A stretch of 64,000 nucleotides of DNA from Thermoplasmatota archaeon (GTDB lineage Archaea > Thermoplasmatota > Thermoplasmata > Thermoplasmatales > ARK-15). Below are positions 55,693 to 64,000 of this stretch, one piece after another. Both the position numbers and the translations under genes were made by a program. The notes under the pieces were generated by a model. The model worked only from the letters and a program-made list of their open reading frames with translations, made no database searches and had not been told where the DNA came from. Each line of letters starts with the position of its first letter. The first letter of the stretch is position 1. The DNA is taken from positions 75,140-139,139 of the forward strand of contig JAVRLK010000001.1 in assembly GCA_031961545.1 (NCBI GenBank), written 5' to 3'.

Positions 55693-58092
55693 TTAAAACC
55701 TTCGTTTCAAAAGGTAGATTAAAACAAAAATTGAAATAATTAAGGCAAAAACGTAATATGGGCTGTAGATAAAAAGTGGAATTATGAAAAATATTACTTC
55801 TGAGTTAAAAGTATGAACAACACCTGAAAAAATTAATGGAAAGATGTAGAGGGAGGAATTTACAATATATATGTTTGAATAGAAAGAAATAATTGATATA
55901 CCGGCGAAAATTGAATCATTTTTAAAGTTTACCGTTGATGAATAAATGTAAATGCCTGTATTGGAAATACCTGTGTGAAATTTTGAATTTTCAACAAGAA
56001 TATTAACATTTTTTCCATAAAGTATTCCTGATGATGAATTTGCATAACATTCATTTATCAAATAATAACCTGGTAGATCAAGGTAAATTGCATAGCCTGA
56101 AGATGAATTTAAAATCAAACCAGATAGAATAAAGGGGTCGTAGTATTTGCCTGTTCCAACAATGAATGAATAGTTTAAAAGATCATTTTCATTTTTCAAT
56201 ATAATAGAATTAGTGTAAATGTATCTGTAATTGGACGGCCAGAGCGTTTTATCAATACTGGTAACCTTTCCAATCATAAAATCATTCTTTATGAATGGAA
56301 TTTCCATTGCGCCGTAAATTGTAAAATTTCTCTGTATCAAATATGCCGAATTAACATCCATTCCATTTACATGGAAATCCCTGAATTCGACGGGACCGAG
56401 GTTGGTGTAAAATGAACAGGGCCCGACACTTTCAGCAAAAACATATAATGAAAAATTTTTTAATTTTAAAGGTGTTGAATAAATATTATCATCAATATTT
56501 ATTAATGTAAAATTTGATTGAAAATTGATTGAAACATTGTATAAATTGTTTTCAATAACCTTTTTTTCAATAATGTTTATTTTTGAATCATTACCATAAA
56601 AAAAGTTTGAATTACCGTTATCATAAATCCCAAAATCAAATGAAAGGTTATAGGATCTTATTTCAACATAAAATGAATTTTCTTCAAACCTGTGCATGGG
56701 ATATTGGGAAAAACCCCTCATTTTAAATGTTATATTTTCAACATTTGTATAATTACCAAGAAAGACACCTGTAGAAAAACTTTTAACAGGAAATGTCCAT
56801 TTATCTATTTCAGGCGATCCAAGGCCTATCTGCTGATGCCATATGTAAACATTTCCATTATAGTAAACATCATGGAAATCTGAAGGATTGTAATATTTCA
56901 TATAATAAAGCTGGGGTAAAAAGTATCCAAGTGAGAAATGTAATTTTGAATATAAATCAAGCAACATACCCGCAAAAATTGGTGCCGATAGGCTTGTACC
57001 TCCAACACCGGTAATACCATTGCTGTAAATGAAAATACCTGTCTGGGGGTTACCATCCAGCGAAATATCCGGAACCCCTCTTCCGCTTGAATTTAAAAAG
57101 AATTGCCAAGGAGGTCTGGTAAAAATTGAACTGTAACCACCACCGCTTTCGGACCATGCCCTTTCATAAATGTAATTATTATTGATATACAATGTTGTCC
57201 CTCCAACACCAACAACATAGGGATCCGATGCAGGATATTCAACAATTGGCGAATCGCCGGATGATGCAATTACCGTTATGTTTTTATAAGCTGCTTCTTT
57301 TAATATTTCATGAAAATATGGATCATATATTTCATTTTCAGGACCCCCCCAGCTCAAAGAAATAACATTTCCAATATTTTCATCTATAACAGTTTTAAGA
57401 ACATTTTCTAGGGATGAAACATTATCATCAGGTGAAACAGCAAGAATTATATTTGCACCAGGCGCGAATGCATGTATTGTTTCAACATCCAGATCAGTTT
57501 CAAGAACCCATTGGGATGGAAATATTTTTGGTTTTGAAATGAAATATTTGACTGTTAGATTCAAAGGAGGTAAATTATAAATATTATTGAATTCATTTGT
57601 ATTTTCTGTTATATTGGGATCACCATATGGTACTACAACAACAGCTGTGAAATTTTTTCCATTGAATCCCGTGTTGATGAGATTGTTTACATTGTAAGCA
57701 TCGACAAGTTGATTAACGGTGTATGGATCATTGGAAAAAACCAAATTTGAACTTACGTTTGTATCAATGTAAATCAGGCTAGAATTTCTTATTAAATATT
57801 CTGGTAAATAGGCCCTATTATTATGGAAATTAAGTGCCTTAATAAGATAATTTGATTTACCCCATATACTGTAAAATAAACCAAATTTTTCAACATGAAG
57901 ATTAAAATGTGAAAAATAATTGTATAGATCTGAAAAATCACCATTATAAAACATTATGAGCTTCACATCTTTATTTGAGTTAAGAAAATTCAAATGATAG
58001 ATATTTATTTCACCTATATTTTGAACATTTTCATTTATTAAAGGTATCTGCGTGAGAATTAAAATTACTGTAAACAATACCAATACTTTCAT
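55693..58092 (-). CDS. secreted S53 (sedolisin/kumamolisin-like) serine-carboxyl protease with C-terminal repeat region and TM anchor
   Basis: Signal peptide MKVLVLFTVILILTQIPL. Catalytic-type motifs ETDLDVETIHAFAPGANI, ISLSWGGPE and GVGGTSLSAPIFAGM. C-terminal hydrophobic helix YVFALIISIFVLIYLL followed by KRRF. Confidence 0.8.
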   Translation of the reverse strand: MKVLVLFTVILILTQIPLINENVQNIGEINIYHLNFLNSNKDVKLIMFYNGDFSDLYNYFSHFNLHVEKFGLFYSIWGKSNYLIKALNFHNNRAYLPEYLIRNSSLIYIDTNVSSNLVFSNDPYTVNQLVDAYNVNNLINTGFNGKNFTAVVVVPYGDPNITENTNEFNNIYNLPPLNLTVKYFISKPKIFPSQWVLETDLDVETIHAFAPGANIILAVSPDDNVSSLENVLKTVIDENIGNVISLSWGGPENEIYDPYFHEILKEAAYKNITVIASSGDSPIVEYPASDPYVVGVGGTTLYINNNYIYERAWSESGGGYSSIFTRPPWQFFLNSSGRGVPDISLDGNPQTGIFIYSNGITGVGGTSLSAPIFAGMLLDLYSKLHFSLGYFLPQLYYMKYYNPSDFHDVYYNGNVYIWHQQIGLGSPEIDKWTFPVKSFSTGVFLGNYTNVENITFKMRGFSQYPMHRFEENSFYVEIRSYNLSFDFGIYDNGNSNFFYGNDSKINIIEKKVIENNLYNVSINFQSNFTLINIDDNIYSTPLKLKNFSLYVFAESVGPCSFYTNLGPVEFRDFHVNGMDVNSAYLIQRNFTIYGAMEIPFIKNDFMIGKVTSIDKTLWPSNYRYIYTNSIILKNENDLLNYSFIVGTGKYYDPFILSGLILNSSSGYAIYLDLPGYYLINECYANSSSGILYGKNVNILVENSKFHTGISNTGIYIYSSTVNFKNDSIFAGISIISFYSNIYIVNSSLYIFPLIFSGVVHTFNSEVIFFIIPLFIYSPYYVFALIISIFVLIYLLKRRF

Positions 58093-58153
58093 TTTATAAA
58101 GGATAGATTCTCAATAATAAAAATATTTTTGTAATGAATTCATTTAACTTTAA

Positions 58154-58603
58154 ATGATTTTCATGGAGATACCCGTTTTCAATTTAACAAAAAAAGGAAT
58201 TGAGGGCTATAAATCAATAGATGAATTTTTCCAGAACGTTAAGGATAAAACAATATATGTAATAGATATGGATTCGCTGAAAGGAAAGGAAATTAACTTC
58301 AAAATACTATCAAAAATATCAAAGATATATGATGTATGGTATGAATTCAATGCCAGGTGGATGAATGATGTTTCAGATGTTCTTATATCCGGTGCTAAGA
58401 TAGCAGTTATGTCGGGTGAGAGAATAAAAAATAAAGTTATAAAACATTCACTCGAAATAACGGAGGATCTTGCTCTAAGATCAGAGGATTTTAACACACT
58501 GAAATTCTTTGTTGAAAACGGTGGTAAAATTATAATATCATCAATACATTTTGAAAATGTTAGGAACTTCAGAGTGATTGATGGGAAGCTGGTGGAAATA
58601 TGA
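58154..58603 (+). CDS. hypothetical protein with HisA/HisF-like N-terminal pattern (short)
   Basis: MEIPVFNL...IYVIDMDSLKGKEINFKILSKIS...VLISGAKIAVMSGERI resembles the beta1-beta4 region of ProFAR isomerase-like barrels. At 149 aa it is too short for a full (beta/alpha)8 barrel. Confidence 0.45.
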   Translation: MIFMEIPVFNLTKKGIEGYKSIDEFFQNVKDKTIYVIDMDSLKGKEINFKILSKISKIYDVWYEFNARWMNDVSDVLISGAKIAVMSGERIKNKVIKHSLEITEDLALRSEDFNTLKFFVENGGKIIISSIHFENVRNFRVIDGKLVEI

Positions 58604-59085
58604 TAGATAATCTAAAAATGGCAATATTTTTCGTTGAAAAGAAATGCGGTAAAAAGGAGCTGAAAAGGGAGGATTTCATAAGAATACTTTCTTTTGAAAG
58701 CAGATGGCTTGAGCCGTCGATGGTTGACAAATTCCTTGAACTTTGCACCAGGATACATTTACTTGAAAAAAACAATGATGTTTATGTTTCACAGTTCAGC
58801 ACAAAGGGTATGGAAATACCAATAGATTTTTTCCTTTCCCCTGAGGATATTTTGAATTTTCAAGAAACAAAAGAAACAAAGAATATATTTTTGAATATAG
58901 TTGAATTCCTTCAAGAAAAAACTGGGAAGGGAAAGAATGAAATTGTCAGCGAAATAAACAAAATAAAGGCAAAAATGAAATATATTACAATTGAAACTGC
59001 AGCCCTGATATATGCAAATGATCTTGATGTGGATGTTTCACAATTCATTAAGGAGATTGAAAATTCAATCATTTCTAAAAAATAA
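58600..59085 (+). CDS. hypothetical archaeal protein (possibly DUF2240-like)
   Basis: 161 aa, helical and charged. Its ATG overlaps the upstream stop (ATGA), so the two genes are likely co-translated. The family assignment is tentative and from memory only. Confidence 0.5.
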   Translation: MIDNLKMAIFFVEKKCGKKELKREDFIRILSFESRWLEPSMVDKFLELCTRIHLLEKNNDVYVSQFSTKGMEIPIDFFLSPEDILNFQETKETKNIFLNIVEFLQEKTGKGKNEIVSEINKIKAKMKYITIETAALIYANDLDVDVSQFIKEIENSIISKK

Positions 59086-59464
59086 AATAATAATAAAAAT
59101 TTCCTAAAAAAGTCATTTTTGAGAAAAGAATTTTGTGAATAGTGTTTTTCATTTTTAATAAAATATATTAATGTACTAGCCCAAGCTCCTGAATCTTTAT
59201 GGATCGGGTCAAAGTAATATTTTAAATCCCGGTTTTCTTAAAAAAAAATTATTCGATTTTGTTTGGGTTATTAAGAAGCATGGAAAACATCTAATTAAAA
59301 ATCTAAAAGGGAAAGTAATAAATATGCCAAAAAATCAATTCCATTCGTTCATCAAATAAGCACGAAGAGAAAATTTTTCAATAAAAGATATAGATATTTG
59401 CAAGGTTTAAACGAAAATACCTGGCTACAAAAATTTTAATAATGATTTTCCTTTAAATTGCAAT

Positions 59465-59959
59465 ATGGACAGACCGGACTGGGACGAATATTTCATGAGA
59501 ATGGCTTATCTTGCTGCAACAAGATCCACATGTTTAAGAAGGAAAGTGGGTGCCATAATCGTTAAGGATAACAGGGCAATTTCAACAGGTTACAATGGTC
59601 CTCCTGCAGGGCTTGCACACTGTGATGTTACAGGCTGTATAAGGGATGATCTCAACATTAATTCAGGTGAAAGGCATGAGCTTTGCAGGGGCTTGCATGC
59701 CGAACAGAACGCAATTATACAGGCTGCAATGCATGGTGTGAGCGTTAAGGATTCAACAATTTACGTTACAAACCATCCATGCGTTGTATGCGCAAAAATG
59801 ATAATAAATGCGGGAATAAAGGAAATTGTTTATGCTGAAGGTTATCCGGATGATCTTGCCAAGTTGATTATACTTGAAAGTAACGTTAAGGTGAGACAGT
59901 ATTCGCTTAAGGACAAATCATTCGAAAGGTTAATTGATGTATCCGCTAAAAGATTCTAA
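59465..59959 (+). CDS. dCMP deaminase (ComEB-type cytidine/deoxycytidylate deaminase)
   Basis: Zinc motifs HAEQNAI and PCVVCAKMI, with the typical N-terminus [21 protein letters not shown]. Confidence 0.9.
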   Translation: MDRPDWDEYFMRMAYLAATRSTCLRRKVGAIIVKDNRAISTGYNGPPAGLAHCDVTGCIRDDLNINSGERHELCRGLHAEQNAIIQAAMHGVSVKDSTIYVTNHPCVVCAKMIINAGIKEIVYAEGYPDDLAKLIILESNVKVRQYSLKDKSFERLIDVSAKRF

Positions 59960-61731
59960 CCCCTGAAGTATATTTTTTTATTATCCATAAGGGCATCCAT
60001 CAATTTTTTACCCTGTTCTGACTTTATCTTTATTTTTGCAATACCATCCTTTGAGAAAACAATGTTGAAAAGATATTCATTGTCAGCATATATACTACCC
60101 TTTTTACCCGAGAGTGATTCATCACCAATCAGATATATAACATCCTTTTTCTTCTCAACCATAATTTCCCTTGTTAATTTTTCATCCTTAAGAGGATAGA
60201 CTTCAATATGCATTCCTATTACTTTCTCTATTTCATCAATGTTTGCTCCCTTCCTTCCTATTACCTCAGGTATTTCATCCTCCGGAACGTAAAGATTCAT
60301 GAGATTATCATTAACAATTTTAACTTTCACAGGCATTCTTAAATATTTTTTTATTAGATCTAAAACTTTAGATTCAGCAAGTTCTATTATTTTTCCCCTT
60401 TCCTCCTTTACGGGAATTACAACAACCTCCTCTCCAAAGGTATAGATTTCATATTCAACATTGTTTGTGTAATAGTCTTTAACTAAAATAACTGGTCTGG
60501 CAAGATCCTGTTCCGTCATACCGCTTGGTATTTTCACAACATATTCAAGAATGAGTATCTTTGAAATTTTACCATCCTGGATGTGTATAACAGTATCAAC
60601 TATCTGTGGTATCATACCAAGCTCAATCCTTCCAATAAGTCTCTGTATTGCATCAATTGCTCTTGTTGAATGGACAACACCAACCATTCCAACACCCGCA
60701 AGTCTCAGATCCGCATAAACCTTGAAATCCTCTGTTGTCCTTACCTCATCGAATATTGTGTAATCGGGTCTTACCAAAAGGAGAATGTTCCCTGTCTTTT
60801 CCATATCTCCCTCAAGGGCTGTGTACTGTGTTATTTCATCTGAAACCTGCAGATCCCTTGGCCTTTCCATGGTTTTTACAACTTTACCACTCTTTGAATA
60901 AAATTCTGCAACAGCCTGGGCGAAGGTTGTTTTTCCTGCACCGGGTGCACCGGATATTAAAATACCGCGTGATGGTTCAAGCAGTCTTTTAAGCAATTTT
61001 TCATCAAGTCCATAATGTTCTATTGAAAATTTAACAATAGGCCTTACAGCGGTAATTTCAAGACCATCAGAGAATGGTCTCCTTGTTATAACTATCCTGT
61101 ATTCCTTCAGTTGAACAACAGTAACACCCTTCATCTCATACTCAATATATGAATCATCACCCCTTGCCCTTTCTATAATATCGTTGGCTATGTTGTTCAA
61201 TTCATCCTCACTAATTGGTGAATTTGATAATGGATATAACTGAAAGTTTCCTGGTGAACCCTTCTTTGCCATGGGAACTGTATTGACTTTTAAATGCACG
61301 CTCATTGTGCTTTCATCAAAAAAATCCTCAATCTTCACCTTTGGACCAGTTATTTCACCAAGGTAAATAACATTTATACCCTTTATCCTTGCAACAGTTG
61401 ATTGAATAAAATCCTGTGTAACAAGTGTTGCATTGTTTTCTATTGCAACATTCCTTATCATTTCATCAATCTCTCCACTCTTTGCCCTATCAATCTGCCA
61501 TTTTTCAGGTCTTTTGCCACCGAATGACAATTTTATTACATTTTTATGGTAAAGATCAATTATTTTTTCAAGTTCGTTCAAACCTGTGAAACCAATCATC
61601 AATCCCCTGTTTGCCTGTGCCTCTATCTCGGATATCACAGCCTCGGGTATTATTACTTCCCCTCCTTCCTTTGATACAAGATCGTAAAACTTACCGCTTA
61701 TTATCACGGATGTATCCGGAACATATTTCAT
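59956..61731 (-). CDS. PIN domain - PilT/PhoH-like ATPase - KH domain protein (COG1855-like)
   Basis: PIN start [13 protein letters not shown]...[11 protein letters not shown], Walker [11 protein letters not shown], and KH GxxG element [20 protein letters not shown] 61731 is preferred over the GTG at 61740. Confidence 0.8.
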   Translation of the reverse strand: MKYVPDTSVIISGKFYDLVSKEGGEVIIPEAVISEIEAQANRGLMIGFTGLNELEKIIDLYHKNVIKLSFGGKRPEKWQIDRAKSGEIDEMIRNVAIENNATLVTQDFIQSTVARIKGINVIYLGEITGPKVKIEDFFDESTMSVHLKVNTVPMAKKGSPGNFQLYPLSNSPISEDELNNIANDIIERARGDDSYIEYEMKGVTVVQLKEYRIVITRRPFSDGLEITAVRPIVKFSIEHYGLDEKLLKRLLEPSRGILISGAPGAGKTTFAQAVAEFYSKSGKVVKTMERPRDLQVSDEITQYTALEGDMEKTGNILLLVRPDYTIFDEVRTTEDFKVYADLRLAGVGMVGVVHSTRAIDAIQRLIGRIELGMIPQIVDTVIHIQDGKISKILILEYVVKIPSGMTEQDLARPVILVKDYYTNNVEYEIYTFGEEVVVIPVKEERGKIIELAESKVLDLIKKYLRMPVKVKIVNDNLMNLYVPEDEIPEVIGRKGANIDEIEKVIGMHIEVYPLKDEKLTREIMVEKKKDVIYLIGDESLSGKKGSIYADNEYLFNIVFSKDGIAKIKIKSEQGKKLMDALMDNKKIYFRG

Positions 61732-61749
61732 GATTAACACAAATAATTA

Positions 61750-63570
61750 TTACTTAAAATAATTTTTTAAAATTTCATCAAGTATCCTGTTCACCATGGA
61801 TCCATCCGCCCTTCCAGATACCTTTTCCATAACTGTTCCCATAAGTATTGCCTTTGCATTACTTTTTTTAACTATGCTCTCATTTTCCTTTATAATTTTG
61901 TTTATAAATTCTCTTAGATCCTTTTCACCCATGGGTCTGTATTTTTCAACTATTTCATCAATATTTTTTCCAGATTTTATGTAATCCCTGAGAATGTATG
62001 GTATTCCATCCTTCACAATGTATCCATTCTTAAGGAAAAGGAATATTTTTGAAAGTACATTTTCATCAATCTTTGTTGTATCATAACCATCCTTTTCAAT
62101 CTCTGAAATTGTGTTTATTAAGGTTCTTGATATAACATTACCGTTACCGTAAATTTCATAGAGTTTCACAAATGTTTCATCAAGATCGTTGTTTATTATC
62201 TGGTAAGCCTGCTGCTTCGAAATACCATATTTCTTTGAGAATTCCTCAACTGTTTCTTCAAAACTCTTTGGAAGATTTTTCCTTATTCTTTCTATCATTT
62301 CATCTGTAATTTTTACAGGTGGTATATCAGTTTCAGGATACATTCTTTCCCTTCCAGGTAAGGGCCTGAGAAATTCTGTTGTACCATCATCCCTTGGACC
62401 TCTTGTCTCTTCTGTTATTCCCTCCTTTGCCTTTTTTATCCTTTCAATGAGCATCGATATGGCTGTTTTTGCCTTATTTAAATCAGCAACAACAAAAATT
62501 ATCGCATCCCTTTCACCTGCATTGAAGAATTTTTTCAAATCATCAACTTCCTGCTCGCTTATTCCATATGCCGGTAATTCATCTGTATGGAAAAGTCCTC
62601 CTATGCCCAAAACCCTTACTATTTCTGCAAGCTCCTTCCCAAGCCTGTATTTTTCACTTTTTAAATATCCTGCAAGGTTCGAAACATAGAGTGCATATAC
62701 CCTGTTATTATTTTCAATCCCATTTTTAATTATCTTACTCTTGGTATTATTGAAAATATGGGTCACATCACCTTCTTTGAATTCAAATTTCAGATCCTTC
62801 AATTCCTTTGAAAGATCAAGTAACATTTTTTGCCTTTCCGCTTCATACCTTGATATTTTTTCAAGGAGGTTTAGCCTTGAAACACCCTTCACCTCAACCC
62901 TTTTTCCATCAATTGATATGTTCAGATCCTGCCTTATTGAGCCGAGACCCCTTTTCACCCTTTTTGTGGATCTCAGAACAAAACCAATCATTTCTGCAAC
63001 CTTTTTTACCTGCTCTGGTGTTGTCAGTTGTGGGGCGGTGGATATTTCAATCAATGGAATGCCAAGCCTGTCAAGCCTGTAAACAGCATAACCCTCCTTC
63101 TCATCTATTTTCCTTGCGGCCTCCTCCTCAAGGCATACTGTTGGAATATCAATCCTCCCAAATTCAGTATCAATGTAACCGTTAAGGCCTATTAATGCTG
63201 TCCTCTGAAAACCCGATGTGTTTGATCCATCTATAACAATTTTTCTCATGAAATGAACTTCATCAACTATTTTACAGTGCAGCAACAATGAAACAGTTAT
63301 GGCAATTTCCAGCGCATCCATATTTAGGGGATGCGGTGGCTCTTCATCCATTTCAACAAGGCATGAATTCTCAGTTATCTGATAAATAAATGTCCTGCTC
63401 TTTTTTGATTCTAAAAGTGCCGCAGCATCATATTCACCAAGTTCGCTCTGTACCGGCCTTAAAGTTCTTACAAATTCACCAAGAACGTTATCGCTCAAAT
63501 ATGAATCGCATGAACAGAAAAGTTTCTTTGTATCCAGCTGTTGATGGATCTCAAGACCTGCCTTGAACAT
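61750..63570 (-). CDS. gatE: Glu-tRNA(Gln) amidotransferase subunit E
   Basis: MFKAGLEIHQQLDT...KLFCSC, EMDEEPPH and the full 606-aa GatE layout. It lies directly downstream of gatD. Confidence 0.95.
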   Translation of the reverse strand: MFKAGLEIHQQLDTKKLFCSCDSYLSDNVLGEFVRTLRPVQSELGEYDAAALLESKKSRTFIYQITENSCLVEMDEEPPHPLNMDALEIAITVSLLLHCKIVDEVHFMRKIVIDGSNTSGFQRTALIGLNGYIDTEFGRIDIPTVCLEEEAARKIDEKEGYAVYRLDRLGIPLIEISTAPQLTTPEQVKKVAEMIGFVLRSTKRVKRGLGSIRQDLNISIDGKRVEVKGVSRLNLLEKISRYEAERQKMLLDLSKELKDLKFEFKEGDVTHIFNNTKSKIIKNGIENNNRVYALYVSNLAGYLKSEKYRLGKELAEIVRVLGIGGLFHTDELPAYGISEQEVDDLKKFFNAGERDAIIFVVADLNKAKTAISMLIERIKKAKEGITEETRGPRDDGTTEFLRPLPGRERMYPETDIPPVKITDEMIERIRKNLPKSFEETVEEFSKKYGISKQQAYQIINNDLDETFVKLYEIYGNGNVISRTLINTISEIEKDGYDTTKIDENVLSKIFLFLKNGYIVKDGIPYILRDYIKSGKNIDEIVEKYRPMGEKDLREFINKIIKENESIVKKSNAKAILMGTVMEKVSGRADGSMVNRILDEILKNYFK

Positions 63571-64000
63571 TCAGTTCACCCTCCTTTCTGAAATTTCACC
63601 TGCAATATTTTTTTCCATAATGTTTTCATAATTCTCTGGAAAGTTACCCATTGCCCACATAAGTTTAACGTATGCCACCTCAGGAAGCATGTCACCAAGA
63701 GGTCTCACACCTGCCTTCACCATTTCCCTGCCCGTTGAGTAAACGTTCAGGTTTACTGAACCGTAAAGGCACTGGGATGTTATGCCCACATAAACACCAC
63801 TATCTATAAGATCCTTCAAAACTTTTATTGTATCGGATGAAACATGACCTAAACCTGTGCCGGCGATTATTATACCCTTTTTTCTCGAACCTATATATTC
63901 AAGAGTATCAGTATCCATGTTCGGATAAAAGTAAATTAAAGCAACACTTTCATCCATTTTATCGTATAGTTTCAATGGCCCCGATCTTTTTTTATAATCA
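63571..64000 (-). CDS. gatD: Glu-tRNA(Gln) amidotransferase subunit D, C-terminal part (5' end outside window)
   Basis: Asparaginase-like C-terminal domain (IIIAGTGLGHVS ... ITSQCLYGSVNLNVYSTGRE). The frame stays open to the window edge, and its stop abuts the gatE ATG. Confidence 0.9.
   Translation of the reverse strand, partial: DYKKRSGPLKLYDKMDESVALIYFYPNMDTDTLEYIGSRKKGIIIAGTGLGHVSSDTIKVLKDLIDSGVYVGITSQCLYGSVNLNVYSTGREMVKAGVRPLGDMLPEVAYVKLMWAMGNFPENYENIMEKNIAGEISERRVN

Noticed and set aside
59086-59464. A structured ncRNA (SRP RNA, RNase P RNA or C/D-box sRNA) in the 379-nt gap.
   Set aside because: The region is far more AT-rich than the two tRNAs. It has only one UGAUGA-like box on the minus strand with no CUGA partner within range, and no convincing helices.
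1-64000. CRISPR arrays, IS elements, integrases, prophage genes and toxin-antitoxin or other defence cassettes.
   Set aside because: I saw no regularly spaced direct repeats, no transposase-, integrase- or Cas-like ORFs, and no long non-coding stretch able to hold an array. The PIN domain at 59956-61731 belongs to the conserved PIN-ATPase-KH housekeeping family.

Overview
This is a very densely packed, AT-rich archaeal chromosomal segment (roughly mid-30s % GC by eye). It is best explained as a Thermoplasmata/Thermoplasmatales-type acidophile, possibly Picrophilus/Ferroplasma-like; that placement is inference, since no database was consulted.

Archaeal hallmarks present: RpoD/Rpo3 with the uS13-uS4-uS11 cluster, GatDE, RPA plus its COG3390 partner, CDP-archaeol synthase, type 2 MetAP, and an intron-containing tRNA-Tyr with a C1-G72 pair. 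These sit beside bacterial-type DNA gyrase, a class II LysRS, and acid-adapted surface proteins (an S53 sedolisin-like protease and a charge-poor, sequon-rich Opp binding protein).

I call about 58 CDS (one apparently frameshifted) and 2 tRNAs. I see no rRNA, no CRISPR array, and no transposase, integrase or viral genes. Several starts were moved from the leftmost alternative start in the ORF track to an ATG with a GGTGA-type Shine-Dalgarno (SD) motif or a family-typical N-terminus. By my own tally only about 2.4 kb (about 4%) is non-coding, and almost every convergent gene pair touches or overlaps at its 3' ends.

This is core genome rather than a defence or mobile island. The candidates for something undescribed are unusual architectures:
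1. An ECF-type importer operon whose tandem ATPase is fused to a Gpt-like purine phosphoribosyltransferase (22930-26664).
2. A 1723-aa Lhr helicase with an ~830-aa winged-helix/AlkZ-like C-terminal extension, which is unusual for archaea (12494-17665).
3. tRNA-Asn abutting, 2 nt apart, the GTG start of a t6A-pathway TsaC/YrdC gene (8202-8870).
4. An RPA / RPA-associated protein / phosphoesterase neighbourhood with an extra chaperone-like gene (19625-22911).
5. Lineage-specific insertions in both Opp ATPases, and PKD-like domains on the Opp binding protein.
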